This document shows positions 26,101-41,100 of a stretch of DNA of 64,000 nucleotides, piece by piece. A model generated the notes under the pieces. It made no database searches and had not been told where the DNA came from. It saw nothing but the letters and a program-made list of their open reading frames with translations. This stretch comes from Balanoglossus misakiensis (Eukaryota > Animalia > Hemichordata), in contig CM082589.2 of assembly GCA_040954595.2 (NCBI GenBank), forward strand, positions 310,001-374,000, given 5' to 3'. Both the position numbers and the translations under genes were made by a program. The stretch's first letter is position 1. Every line of letters starts with the position of its first letter.

Positions 26101-29100
26101 TGTTCAGCCTAGACATGGCGTTTGCTTTGATGAGATCAATAACCTGTCTTTCCTGTTGGAAGGTGCCAGAGATATTCACACATGATAGTAGAGTAGAGTA
26201 CGTTGCATGTCGAGTGGTGAAAAAATTACAGATAATTTACATCATTTTTGTAAGAAGGCTTGCATTCATTACTTGTGTTTTAATGGAGTTAAAATATTGA
26301 TGATGTGTGCAAACATTTGACATAAGTACAGTAAAGAAACTTGTGATGAAAATCGCCAAAATTTCAGAAACTAATTCACTGAATTTCCAGGAATCTTTCA
26401 AGAAAATATTTAAAAGTGGTTTTAAAATTACCTAAAGTACATGTACATGCACATTTCTTATAGCCAAGCTGAATAATCACACTTTTAGGAAAATGAATTT
26501 TGGGAAAATAGTTCTATATTCTGAGTGCAGTCTGAGTCATATCTTGTAATAAATACTGGCATAGCCGGAAAGCTTTTGAGCCATCAGTACTTTAAGCAAC
26601 CTGCATGAATTGAACTTTTTCTTGTTGTGGTAAAGTGCAGACCGCTGTAAAAAACTTAACTAATTTCTCTGTCCTAAACAATAAAAAGTAATACATTGTT
26701 TTGACTAGAAATATTTCAGCTTTCAAAAAATAATGTTTGAGATTTGTGGTAAAGCAATTTATTGATCAGGCAAAGACTTAGTTAGCTCCATGTGTTATTT
26801 TGAGTGTCAATTTAGCTTTTGAAAAATTAAATGCTTTCATGTAAAACTCAAGGCAAAGAGTTGTTCAAGTTGCAGTTTTGTACATTATCAATATCCCATT
26901 TTCACACACATAACAAAGCACTACTTTAACTGTTATTTTAAGGTAATAGTTCTACGTTGAAATTAAGTGCATTGAATAATAGATCGAGAAAAGTACTGGT
27001 CGTTTCACCATTTTTATTGGACTAATCAAAGGTTTTCTGTGACCTTAATTTGACATTTTCATTGTGGTTCCATTTCATTCCAAATGTAATTACGTTGATT
27101 GGGCATTCAATGCAATATTGTACTTTGAGTGGATTACTGTCATTTCAAATCAACTATTTAGATTTCTAATAATCAGGCCATTTGTGCTGTATTGTGCTTA
27201 TAACGAAATATGCCTGTCTTAATCTGCTGCCACAGTCAAAAGCTCACATAAGAAATTTTTCATGGTGTAATATAACGTTCTTCACCGAGTTCATGTATGT
27301 AAAAATATGTCACCATATCAAATGACATGCAATGAGAAATTGTTTGAAATTTGCATCTGGGTTGAATGCACACCTGCTACAGTAGATAATACTGTTTTGC
27401 TTTGGCTTTTTAATATTCAGTTTTTCGTCTGTACATGTCCATGATACAGAGATCCTGTGTGATGATGGATTACATTTATATGCAAATGTCATCATGCGTG
27501 ATATATTGGTATTACCTGTATCTTTCTCAAATCTCTCTTACCAGTTTCAATTTTGGACAAAACGTATATTTCTGTTTTGCTATTTATAGCAAATAGGTTT
27601 TCTGACAAAACCACCCACTGCCATTTTATAGAGCCTTTGACTAAATTCCAATATCAGGTAATCAGCTAATTTTACAAAATATTAACTTTCTATCAAAAAT
27701 TTAATTTTTAGAAGTAAATGATATGTAAATTAAACCACAGTATCGTTTGTTTTTAAATGTGAAATATAAAATGCTTATTAATTACTGAATATTTTGAATA
27801 CTTATACCCCCATACATTTTCATTTACTTGGTATTGGTATACTGTTTCAGTTTTTTATTAAACTAGTGCTCATGTTGTTTGAAATATTTTCACATGATTG
27901 CTTAGGTTTGTCTGTTCACTGTACAATAAGCCTGAATCTGTGTTTTCAGGGAGAATTTTGAATTCTGGTAGCCCAGAGATCTAATGTTTAGGTCCAGCAT
28001 TGCTTTTCAGCAAGTTTGGGCAAATGTTATTGGAACCACACAGTCTTCACTATTTGTTCAACCCTGCTGATCAGAAGTATTTTCTTTGAGATTGTTCAAT
28101 AGAATGTTTAGATTGTGAGATGAGTGTGTAAGTGCCCTTACAGGGGTAATTGTGACAATCAATTACTGATAAACAGCATGCCTGTTAAACTATTATGCTC
28201 CAGGCTTTATTTACCTGTGCAACCAATACATCATAAGAATGGTAAATGTCTATGAGGAGTGTTGAAAACACGCAATATAGCAAAACGGCAAACAGCTGTC
28301 TCTTAATTGCTCTGAATGAGTTTGAGATCTCTCTAGACTCCCTACAATGAGCTCTCTCTAAAATTCCCCTGAACATAATTTCTATAATAAATTCCAAGAT
28401 AAAGTTGAACAAGTTTGGCTCTGGAATGTTCATTGCTTTTAGACACTGGAATATCCTTTTTCTTTAATTAAAGGCAGTCTTTAGTTGTAATGAAATGGAT
28501 TTTCTTTCTGCAAATATGCCAGGTGTAGCAGTCCAGACCATTCATTTTACATCAAATCTTTTGTGATGTTGTCTTTGAGCTATGCCGAGATTACACATAG
28601 CATCTGCCAAACTGTTAAGAGTGGCTGTTGGTTTTATTCTGACGCACGGATACACATGTACATCAGCAAATTAAATTTCCAAGCACATCAGAAGATAAAC
28701 GTAGCATTGTACCTGCAGAATAATCATAGCTTCCTCCAATTCGAAAAAGTATAATGAATTATTATATTATGATTTTGTTTAAATTTAAATTAAAAATTAA
28801 AACATTGCATCATGAATGAAAGAAATACTAATTAGCCTTTGAATGAAAGTGTACCATAATATGTCACATAATGCTGTAGCTGAGTGCTTGGAATTCTCGC
28901 AGTTCAGACTAGAGTATCGTTACCATGGTTCCGTGTTTTACTTGTGTGCAACCTTACCCTGAAGAAGTCTTCAACAGACTCAAACATTCCACATTAATGG
29001 CATTGAAATCGTGAATTATTTGTACCTTCATTCCTTGACTATAAACTGACTAGTAATCTAGACGTCTACCAGTTTAAAAAAGCAGATTTTATCAATCTTT

Positions 29101-32100
29101 CTGATCCTTGTTGCACTTTAAATCATACCTACATGTATGATATACATTTACCTGTTCTCTTGATGATGTCAAGCACCATTTAGAGTGAGCAACGGATTTG
29201 CCACTTTTTACAGAGGACTTCAAAGCCTAGCAACCCCACCATATGTCATGTACAAGTGATTTCTGCATTTTTCGGTTGAAACTGCGTAGAAGCTGAAGAG
29301 TCTTATCTTCAGTGAAACCCAGCCGTTTGGAGATTTGCCAACTTTATGTAATAAATCTATTTTCAATATCCTGTACGACAAATGTAAGATAAATCTTGGA
29401 TGAGTTACTTTCTAAATGACACTTTTAAAATATGTTTTTGCACAGGAAGATATCAGTATATTCTATCAAGTGTGAGACTTTTGTTTACTTCATTGTGAAA
29501 GAACACTACACTAGAAGCGCTTGATGTTTGTTATTCTTGAAGGAAATTAGAAGCGCTAATATACATACTAGCAGTGACATCTATGCTTTGACAAAGTGAT
29601 ATTTTACAACAACAACTGTACTTCTGATATGAATAATTGAATAAAACTAATCTTTCCACCAACTGACATTTCTGTGTTCCACATTTAGAATACACTGAAA
29701 TGTCAAGACAGCGTAATTGGCTGGGACAAGACAGTTAATCTGTCCATTTATCTTACATCGTCCAGATCCCCAAAGGGAAAACTTGGGAGAAGAAAAGCTA
29801 GAAAAAAGAAGGAATATACACTTCAGTATCATGTTTCATAAAACTCTCACACTTTATCCATACAGTGTGGTTTAAGTTTTTGTTTCTCACAGCAATGTTA
29901 CACCATTGGAAAATGTGGGTGGCAATTGAAGGTTTATTTTGAAGAGTGAGATTTGAAGAGAGATGTCTTGATGCAGGGCACAAGAATATGGACCATGTGC
30001 TGTTCTAACTGACAAACATATTAGCTGTGGTGATCTCAGATAGCAAAGGGCACACACAAGAGAGAAATCGGCCTATTTGGAACGCAACATGCATTTTAAA
30101 TGTAATTTTGACATGGGTGTAATCTGCGCTTGTTCACGGTTTCCATTCATGAATTTCTAAGACTAAAGTGATCCCAAAATTCTCACCATGCAGGATAAAT
30201 TCCTGTTAAAGTCTATGACATCTCAAGTTAATAAATCACAAAAATATAATATCTGTCAAAGAAAATGTTCAATCACCATATTAAGGCATGTCATTCATAA
30301 CTACAGTACTGTTGTGTATAACATGACAGGTAATACTTTCCTCTGAAGTTTAGGTTTTTACCCTGACAACTGTAATATTCTGAAGAAAAGTTGAACAGAA
30401 TTCTTTAATTTCATGGTATTGAGCATGTCAGTTAGCATATGTCTCTTTGCTGCTTTGTGAGTAACACATGTCAAAAGGTACATGTATTTGTACTTATACA
30501 ATCATGTAGATGGAGGCAAAGTTAAATAACTGAAAATTCAGTTGACAGGGATGCAGAAAGTCTTGTGGATAATGTACATGTTTAATCAGAGGCAAGTCAA
30601 ATTAATCTTGGCAGAAGTTATTTTATTTTGGAGTTCATGGTTTTGAGGGTGGAATGGATGTGTGACTATGATTAGTCAGATGTTACAACTAGAGAGTAGT
30701 GTTACTTGTGAATAACTGCTATACTGCTCGGATAGCACAGAAGAATTTTGGAATTACATGCACTAATTTGTTTTTAAGCTGAATGCGAGATTTCTAATTT
30801 CTAATTTTTAATATGAGGAAATACATGTAAGTCCTCGAAACAGTGCATTGGCAGCTAATATTCTGTAGCTGCTAGGATTCAAGCCTGTTTTAACTATCTT
30901 GGCAATTTAACCATTAAAGTTTGATTGCACGCCACTGTTAAGATTACCACACTTTAAAACTCCAGGTTTGTATGCCAGATCAAAAGCTGTCTCCTGTGTG
31001 TGAATGTATCAGATAAAAAGCAGTTGTGCTCTCAATATTTTAGCCTTAGAAAACTCTTTAGCTCTTGTGTGTGAATGCACAGTGTGTATAATCACATTCA
31101 AAGAAAGTGAGGACTTTTTAACTCTAACTCAGGAAATCACCGTTTTTAGTTTTCTCAAAACAGCCGCAGTGTCAGCAAATGCAAATGTTCAGCCCTTTGA
31201 TCGTGTATCCGGTAGCAACAATGGAATAAGGAGGTAACATCAGGAGACTTTTAAAGCATTCTTTGAATATGACTGGGCACGTTTATGTGTGATAGTATTC
31301 ATGTATAGTGATGGATTGGTGGATTTATAAAGCGTTTTGTTGAAATAGGAAACTGTGATTCAGTTCAACTCTTCTGTGCCTTAATTCATCAACTCTTTTA
31401 AAATAAAACCAAAGTGTCAGCACTGTATTTTAAAGATTTCAGATTCAGCCAAAAGTCTGTATCCAATTTTCACAATTTAAGCCAAAGGAAGTAAATTCTT
31501 TGTTATGCGTCCATGTGCAATTATGAACGTATCCCACTTTTGCTGTAATATGTGAATAGCAGAATATGTATTTTGTTGTTATGATGCCAGGATAATAAAT
31601 CCTGTTGTCACTAAACCCTTATCCCAGCATTACATCTTCAAAATGCCAGAAATTAATAGACTTAAATGTGTGCTCCAAAGAATATTTCTGTGGATATATC
31701 ATTTGCTGCAAGATACGATGTATGCCTCGACAAGTCTCATCCGCTTCGCTTAATTTTTGTCACCACTGATTGGCTGCTGTGGGGAAGCCTTCTAACAACT
31801 TCTCTTGATCTTGAAACAAAAAAGTAATGCTACCAGTAGTCGATATATTTTTCATGGTTGCGCTCACATCAAACGTGCTTCTTAGATTGTGGAGGGCATG
31901 TTGATGTACAGATGACCCAACTTTACTCGCATTAGAAAGCCTGACTTCAAGCGAAATTGCAGATTATCAGATCAGAAGCGTGAGAGCATGGATAGAACTT
32001 GAGGCTTCCAATTAAAAGACAGCGTTGTCAAATATATCAGATGAAACTGGTGGCTGGGTAGCCTCTTGTCAGGGTTTTAACGCCATTAAAAACTTCAGTA

Positions 32101-35100
32101 TCATAAAAAACTACTTGTATTTGTGCACTTAGACGACAATTCTGTGTTAACTTGTTGTTTTCTTGAGCTTTTGACGAACTTAAAAGATTTCAGTGTCACA
32201 ATGCCCGAGGTGTAATGTTGAAGGAAATAGCAGAGTGGTAAATGCATTCATGAATTGCGCTGAAATTTATGTGTGAAGTGTTTTTTCCAGTATTATCATG
32301 GTGTATTACGATAGTACTCAGTGAATCATTATAAGATTTTGATTGTGAAAACAGTGTTAGAAAATGGCTGTGGTTCAAACTGGAGATAATCAATTACAAC
32401 ACTCTTCAACTGAAGAGTGATTTTACAGTTCTTTCGTCACCATGGCAGCAATTCTAACATCACCCTGTTTTAAAGACATATTCTAGAAAACGAAAACAAA
32501 TGTCGTATGTGTGTTACCTTCTGCATTGCCTAGAAAGTGTGAAATTTTGTGTATGGATCATTGATTTACCTAATCCAGTCATAACCTGCCTTTGTCTCTG
32601 TTCTATTCATGTGTAGCTAAGCTGGAAGATAGATAACATTTTCCCCGTTCTGTTACTGGGATGGTTTAAATGACCGTGAAATTTCCTTTGTGCTGGAAAA
32701 ATCACTGGTGTAAAGCAACTATGATAAAATCTACAGAAGTGTTAAAACCTGCTGCAAATTATTTTTACTTGGAAAAGTAACAAGAAACATCTATTATTAT
32801 CAGTGGTATTCATAGTAACAATCAAATCCACGTACCACTTATAGGCAAAAAATTAATTTCTGTCGGTGAGATGCGAAGAGTGATAATATGTGCCCTTTAG
32901 AAATGTATTTTCACTCAAGATTGTTCTGGAAATATGTTGACATTTTCACCTCTGTTTTCACACAGGCACTAATGTACCAGTTCCTGTATAACACGTATCT
33001 CAAGAATGGCTGATCTGATAGCATCAAATTTTTACATGGCAAAAACTGGTTCATTTCTGGTTGCTGTGACTTGCATAAATATATTATAACTGCATAAAAT
33101 GTAATGAATTGTGGTGGAAAATTCTCAGAGTTACAATTTGATAGACTTTTTGCTTGATAAAGCATGTCTCATGGTCAAAACATAGTATTAATAAGATGAA
33201 AATTATATCATTCTGTAAATTAATAAGTTAATGTCCCAAGGGAACATTCATTATTGAAGTACAGTGTTCAATAGACCTCTCGTTCAAAGATTTGTACATG
33301 TAGTTGGTGCAATGTAAATGCTAGACAGCATGGCATTTGTGTAACTGTTCTCTGTTCCACAGTTTGTACGTTGTCTCTAATAATCCTCTGAGAATTTTCT
33401 TGTAGATTCAGGTTTTATTTTGTTTGCATAGAATTTCTTTCACAGTTGAATGCTGTTGCGTAGGACCCTATCACATTATATGGCACACATTAAATCCACA
33501 ATGTTTCTGACTTAAAATGTCAAGCGTAGAAATTTCAAATTTGGTTCAATTCAATCTGTTTGTCAGAATATTGATTTCAATATACAATGACCAGAGATAA
33601 GCTTTCTTTCTTTCTGTGCAATCGAAACAGTTATGATCGGCCACTGGCACAGGTTTCGAGAGGACGCGCAAGTTTGATCGTTTTGTGCTGGAAGGACTAT
33701 ACGAAAATAAATAGTTTCGAAAAAACAATGTGTACAATAGAATGTTTTTCGGAGATAAGAAAATGCAAAAATTAACCGTTGTGGAATAGTCACCTCTGTT
33801 GAAATTTTCCTGTCGCGAAAATTTCCCGTTTAACAGTATTTCACGGGAATGTTACGAGAAGAATGTCAAGTGATCTAGTGCTGTATCATGGCCAACTCAA
33901 GCATCCACTTTACATTCTCCAGGAAGTGTTTATTTCAAGGGAGGAAATAGCCAAGCATACCACCTGAGAGAACACTCATCAATGCATTACTTGAAAGAAG
34001 CTCTGCATGAATGCGCTTATAGAGCTCTTGAACCACATCTATCGCACATTCACTCAAAAGTTGTCAGGAATGCGTGCAGAATTCAATCAAAGCTTCACAG
34101 TTTTGTTTGTGGGTTATGTACATTAAATGCAGGAAGAATAGTTCATTGACTTCATTTTTGTGCAACATGATGATGTGCCAAATCTGGTCAACATAAAAAC
34201 GAATTGTCTTTCGATCTTTATGTCACATTTTCATCTTTTTCATTTGGATATTGCTCATATTTTGATTTTATTGCCACTGCAGTGAATAAACACATTCTGT
34301 TTGAAAACCCTGGTACTAGAGAATGATAAATATTTGATCTAAATCCAAAAAAATACTGTTGAATTTTTCAAGCCATTCAGCTATCTGTACATTCACTGCA
34401 GTTTTGTATAGTTCTAGAAACTCATAAAGGCTGCCTATTTTATGGCTTTGTGCAAATACATTACAAAGCATATTGATTTATTTCAGATGTACTGTTTGTA
34501 TTTTCAGAGTTGTCAATCCGTACAAAAAATACTAAATTCCCAGTGATAAACCTGTAGTGCTGTATCGTTGAATTAAAATCTCTAGTCATGTTTCAGAATG
34601 CACCATTGATTTGAAATTGAAAATTTTAATGCACTGTGCTTCGGTGACAACATTGGCAAAAACAGATACAAAAGAAATCCTTGGATTTTCTGTGTTCAAT
34701 CAATGTTGTGATCAAAGAACTCATGGCATATGTCATCTTTCCCCCTTTCAATCTGATCAGGTGTGTACGACTGCATTCAATATGCAGAGAGCCAGATTTC
34801 AAACTTGAGTATTTCCATATGGCAGTGTGAATGCAAACACTAAGCAAGACATTTTCAGGAAATGAAGTCGAATAGTGGAGATTGCCTGATATTTCCACAA
34901 ACTCTTTTTTTGATGTTAGCTTTGTGAACAGCATAAAAGATCTTTCCTGCTGCCCATTAAAATGTGACAGTTAACAGCCAAGCCCTCTTTGATATGTGAG
35001 TTTTTAGCTGCAAGCTACTATTAGAGTTGTCTCTGACAGACATGCCTGGCTTAAATAGCAAATTGTCACTTGATGTTAAATCTAACATGGAGTTGATTGG

Positions 35101-38100
35101 TGTCCACTGAGTTGGTTTCAATGTCAAATTGTATGAGATTTCCATTAAATTACTTAGGGTCTGGCCTACAGGTTAAAGCATCAGAAGGTTTGAAAAGATG
35201 TGAAGTGATTGCCTGTAAGAGTTGAGGACATTGCCAGCAACATTGAGTTTTCAGTGAAGTGAAGATGAAAATCAAACCACAGGCACAAGCTACGATGAGC
35301 CATCTGTGCCCAGTCTGATTAAAATCATACATAGTTGGCTCAATTCACAATCAGTAGGCTTTTTTGTGGGCTGGCAGTGCAACTACATGTAGAAACTAAA
35401 TTCACATCATATCTATGTAATTAGTGTGAAATACAAGCTGCATTTGATGTCACAGCTAAATTATTCTGTATTTTCAAGCATGTAAAAGCACTTCTCTGAT
35501 ATCACGGCAAAAAGTGGCAATTGCTTTGTAAGTAGAACATATCAAGGTTTTGTTCATATTGTGAAGAGGTAGAATATACAGAAATGGAGCATAAATATAA
35601 CATTTTGACATTTTGTGTATCACAATTGTCTACACCCATGATGGTATACGTTATCTGACATTTTTTGGTTTATGAAGCTGAATTTTTACTCGTATTTGCT
35701 TATGACAGAAGGTAATGGAAATTGACTAAGATGAGAAAATTGTGATGATTGAAAATTGGTGCCATATAAATCATCACATGTTGACTGACTTCGATGTGAA
35801 ATGGAGGCCTGGTTTCATCAACTGGCTGGCCTACACTTTGTTGATTCCAAAATGTCATAGTTGACATCAAAGAAAAGGTAACAGTTATAATGTTTTGGCG
35901 CAGTGTTGATATCTGATTCTGCCGTGTGGAATTATATCGCATTATAGAGAGAAAACAGTATGGATCTACTGGTAATCCCATTGCAACATAACCCCAAATT
36001 TCACATACTGCATTTTGAAAAAAAATTGAATGAATATATAAATATTCACCAGGAATTCCTTCAGCTATTGGGTTTTCTTCAACCTAAGTACCTAATAACA
36101 AGCAACCTTGTCAATATATCATTTGTTAATTGACATCACAATGTAATAACATCAGGTAGATTTGGTATGCTGCTTGTCAAACAAGTACATGTAATTAAAC
36201 ACAGTATATTAGAAAAAGTCTGATCCTGTCACATCAAAGAAATACGAGTGTGTGGTTGATTCTAATATGTTTGTAATCCGATACGGTAGCTAATCAGACA
36301 TTTTAAAATCAAACTGTCACCATCATTGTTTGCTCTGAAAGAATTTGACAATCTGTGCGAATTGATCCACAGACAACATTGGGTGTTTCGTTTCATGGCC
36401 GATAAAATTAATGGATAGCGCAATGCAATCTAATCCAAAATTTCAACACATCAAAAGAAACTGTCTTTCATTTGATGAGTTTGATGAAATAAGACTTCAT
36501 GTTACATTACTGTCCTATACATGATGCTATGAACACCATGAGTCATTTCTCTAGACATTGAACTCTGTTTACATGTAAATGTGAACTAAAAATGTTCTGC
36601 AAAAGTATGTCTGATGTATCTCTCTGTCACTCTGAAGTTCCCAGGTTGAGATAAAAGAAGTTGAATTGAATCCTTGTCTGTGTGCTGTGGTTGTCTACAT
36701 CCTAACTTTAAAAGAGACAGTAAGGGTGACTTGATAGAGCTGAATACCAATTAAAAGTGAATATTCACAAAAGTTATATCGGTGTTCATTATGTTATGTA
36801 TGACAGGTCAACAGATGGTCTATATACCAAGCTCTGTCTGGCCGACTGTAGTCTCTTTGTTCAACAACAAACTGCATTGTATATATGCAGTGGTCCTATT
36901 TTCTTTATACCAAACAACTGCAGGTTTTATTACATTTGTACATTGATATACATGTACAGTTACATACACGTTGTATGTGCTAAAAAATACATATCATAAG
37001 ATATGATTTTCTATTTAAATGCACTTTATTTCTTAATCATAATGGAATTGATATTTCAATGATAGCATTTTTTACGAGGACATATATTAAACAAATTGAA
37101 CACTTTGTGAGAATGTATACATATCATATCCTGTATAAGGAGATATGATTTTCTCTTTAAAAATACTCTTTGTTTATCAATTCCCAGCACACTCATTGAC
37201 ATTTTAGTGATATCGATGTTTATGGGGGTATGGATGAGTAAGATTTTATAAATATTTAGTGAAAATATAAGTCATCTTAATACCAAAGATGTGCAACAGT
37301 AAGTTTATTATATTCCATAGTAAATGCCATAAATGTCAGTTTTGGATCACAGTCACCATGGCTGATATCATCTGAGATGATTTAGTGGGGTTATTCCCTT
37401 GAAATAACAAATCCTGATCGTATCCTAGCAAGCAAGAACACATATCTTATGCAGGTCATTTTTAATGTTAAGGGATTTCTTGTCTGTATTTTGTTTTCAA
37501 ACTGTTTTTATGAATTTTTTGGTAAAGGAAATATATAGACCAGGTTTGAAGCTATAGTTACATCCACTGAAATCAGATCTATGCAATTTTATGAATTTTC
37601 AAGTTGAAGTGACTATACCATCCACCATTACTTCTGTGTTCACCTTATACCCAGAATGCATTGCACTCATCACTTACTGAATTATTCAACTTGAAAAGAT
37701 TCTCTCAATTGTTGAGTTGAATACATTGCATATATACTTTGGCTAACCTTTTAGAGTGTAGAATTTCATAATTTCCCCAACAGCAGGTACTGAGGCAAGG
37801 TTCTTTAAGTATACTGAGACAGTGAGAGACTTTCAAAATTATATCTTAGGGCATTTCACAAATTATGTAGGAGTGAAAGAATAATATGAGACATAAGACA
37901 TATGAGTTGCATTCAAAGGCTTTCAGAAAGCATAAAGCAGATCTACAAAAGAATGGAGAGTTCATTGGTCTGGGCTGCAGCTGGTGGGATTGCTGTATAG
38001 ACACAATTTTGAAAGTCATGGCCGACCCGTCAATCATCAAATGAGTTTAGGATTGTCTCTAATTTGAAATTCAAAATGTCTCTTCACACACTGGAAAGAT

Positions 38101-41100
38101 GAGGAGGACTATCATTATGTCCCCAAGGTGTGTACTACTTCACGCGAGTGCAGATGCAAAACAGGAGGAATTGGCAGCTATATGAATCCATATGGTCGGA
38201 GATCTAATCACTCTCCTATTCAGAATCTAGAGTTACATGTCAAGACTTGGGCATCAGGGAAATCAACGACAAAGCATTGTATTACAGATTTTGTATGTTT
38301 TTATTCCACAACAAATGATATTTGCACCTTGTAATACAGTACATGTACCTCTGGTTATTCATCTAAAAGGATGATATTACGTGTCTCTATAAATAGAAAA
38401 ATTGCTCGTTTTAATCTAAGGCAGGCATTATAACACATTGGTGCATATTATGAAATATGTGTAGCAAATGAGACAATTATAATTTTTTTTGGTGTTTTTC
38501 AACATGGTAATCAGCATAATGATTTCTGATATTGAAAAAGAAAAATCTATTTTTCTGTGTTTCTCAGGCTTCATCTGTGTTCCTACATTGACAGCAGTAG
38601 CAGAATCATGCTCTGCAATTTCACTCTTTAATATTTTATTCAACAAACGGAAAACTCAACCTTGACCTTCTTGTTTATGGGGTTGGCTTTTGTCCATGTT
38701 CATTAGAATTTACACACAAGTTTTAATTTCACAGTCCATAAATTTTTATAGTACTTTTCCAGTGTAATATACCAGAGCCAGAATTTATTCTGTCACCCAT
38801 AATTTAGTCAGTACACTTTAATTTGTAGAGCCAATTGTTTTGTAATAATTTATCGAAACTTTGTGTCTGGAATAAACAAACATTGATTCCATGAGATCCT
38901 TGCAATACCCAGTTTGTAATAAAGTTGATGTACTGTACATAGAAAGTGACAGTGACAACTGAAGGATTACTCAAACGATCTTGTCTGCTGAGGACTAAAG
39001 TACATGCTTTAATCTGCGGACAACACATCTCCATTCTAATAAATCATTAGGAATGTAAAAATATTTGATTAATCCATCTCATTACCACATGCAAGATGGC
39101 ATTGGATGAAATATTCCAAAAAAGTTTCTCTTCAATGAGAAATATAATGATACTATTATTATGGTTAATAAATGTTTCAATTAGGCTTTTAGATGGGTAT
39201 ATTTATTCAATTTTTCTAACTTATTTCTTTGAACACGACTTCTTCCAGTGTTTTAAAAACTTTTTTGATTCAGCAGTGACTATGTCATCATTAATGACTT
39301 GTTGCATGTATCAGAACACGGAGGCAAAATATTTTATGGGAAAAACTAGGAAACAGTTTAATGTGCATTTCCTGAAAAGGTTATTACGCATGACATTTAT
39401 GGTTCGTAATTTATTATGTACATGTAACTGTAGGATGCCGACTGACTCTATATGTAGCAGCTATTCTCTGAAATTATTAATAAAAATACATCTTTCACAC
39501 ATCCATTATAGACACACATTGAAAAGCCCTGGTAATCGTTATATTTTATTTGCTATGAAGAACTTAGCAACTTAAATTTACACTTTATTGAACCTCAGAG
39601 CAGTTTCTTATTGTTTATACCTGGGTTACTGCAATTATAGTTTTTATGAGCATTGAGGATTTGAACAGCATTAGGACAGACATTGACATAGTTATGGAAA
39701 AAAAGTTTACAAGTATCATGGGACCACAGGAACAGCAGTTGTAGCTTTTGATCATTTCTGTCAGAATGTTTGATGTGTGCATCCAGTATGGTTTCTTGCT
39801 CTATTCCCTGAAATGTGTTTAATGATTCACATCACAGTTCTTGAACAGTTATCCCCCGGACATACTTATATCCAAAAGACACTTACCCTAACCCTTAAAC
39901 CTTAGCTCTACCTTGTCGATGGGCAGCTAAATGTGCAGAGGGGTGGGGACCCATTCTTAGAACCATGTAATATCGTGACAGTAACTGCCAATTTGTTGCA
40001 TTTTTGTTCACTTCACAAACAATGTATTCAACTTGTATGACAGTTTTGGTGTTGCTATAATTCATCTTAATGATGTTGCTCCACAACAAATGTATCTCCA
40101 TGGAAGTTATTGCCATAGGAATCAGCCACCTCCTCAACCTGAACTATCCTTGAATCACTCTGCTATTGTCATAGAGATTATTTTTAAAGAGCATTTTATT
40201 GATTGATAATGATTGTGACCTCGCTCCATTTAAAAGTTCAAGTCACATAAAATACAAATTCATTTATTGAATTCTATCTTTGTAGGTTCCGTCAATGTAT
40301 GCTGGACACCAAACCTGTTAATTATTTTTTTGGCAACATATAAGATTAGAGATGTATCAACCGCTAGGTCACTTGTACATTTATTTATCAACAGGAAATA
40401 TGAAAAAATGACTTCATTGTCAAAAATGTCTTCAGAGGTGAGATATGTTCTTCAGTCAAACAATCCATCTCCATATAATGCATCACAGATATCCAATGGA
40501 TCTGGAATGGATATACACAACAAACATTAGAATAAACAAAATATAGTGTAAGATAGAAGCTTCGATAACAGGGATTAAAGATAGTAAGACATCAAAGAAA
40601 CGAAAATGAAGAGAAAGACGAGCCAGATCAAGTCATTCTATGACCTTGTAGCTTGTTACAAAGTTTGCAATTTTAAAGGTCGTGTGTCTTTCCAACATGA
40701 GAACATATTGATTTCCCTGTAGATGCAGACAAGGTTGATGATTGCATTCGGTGGAACACAATTCTCAAATGCTTTTCCATGTCATCACAAAGGGCTAATA
40801 GAGTTGACGTGTATATGTGCGAGGTGTGTGCTTGTTACACTGTGAAATCCCAACAGGAATATAAGAACTGAACTTCTGTGTCAATCCAGCTTCTATCCCA
40901 ATAATTCATCGGCTCAAACGGACAGATTGGTATTTAGCTTTCTCACACCAGTACAGTGATCTATGATCTGGACTGGATGGAAATCGATCGAACGTCAATT
41001 CCAGGGTTAGAAAACTGGGTTAGGTTTGCCATCATGAATGCATCTAATTGCGTTCCATGTGTTCATGCATGTCTCAGTTGTCAGAGTCTTGGGAGCAGGA

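Noticed and set aside
36991-37165. Imperfect ~25-bp direct repeat (agatatgattttct...ttaaa) about 140 bp apart
   Set aside because: Short, AT-rich and only two units; likely an old local duplication with no interpretable function.
39096-39575. 159-aa ORF in GRIN1 intron 1
   Set aside because: Composition is that of random AT-rich DNA (F/L/I/K/C-rich), with no recognisable domain or splice context.
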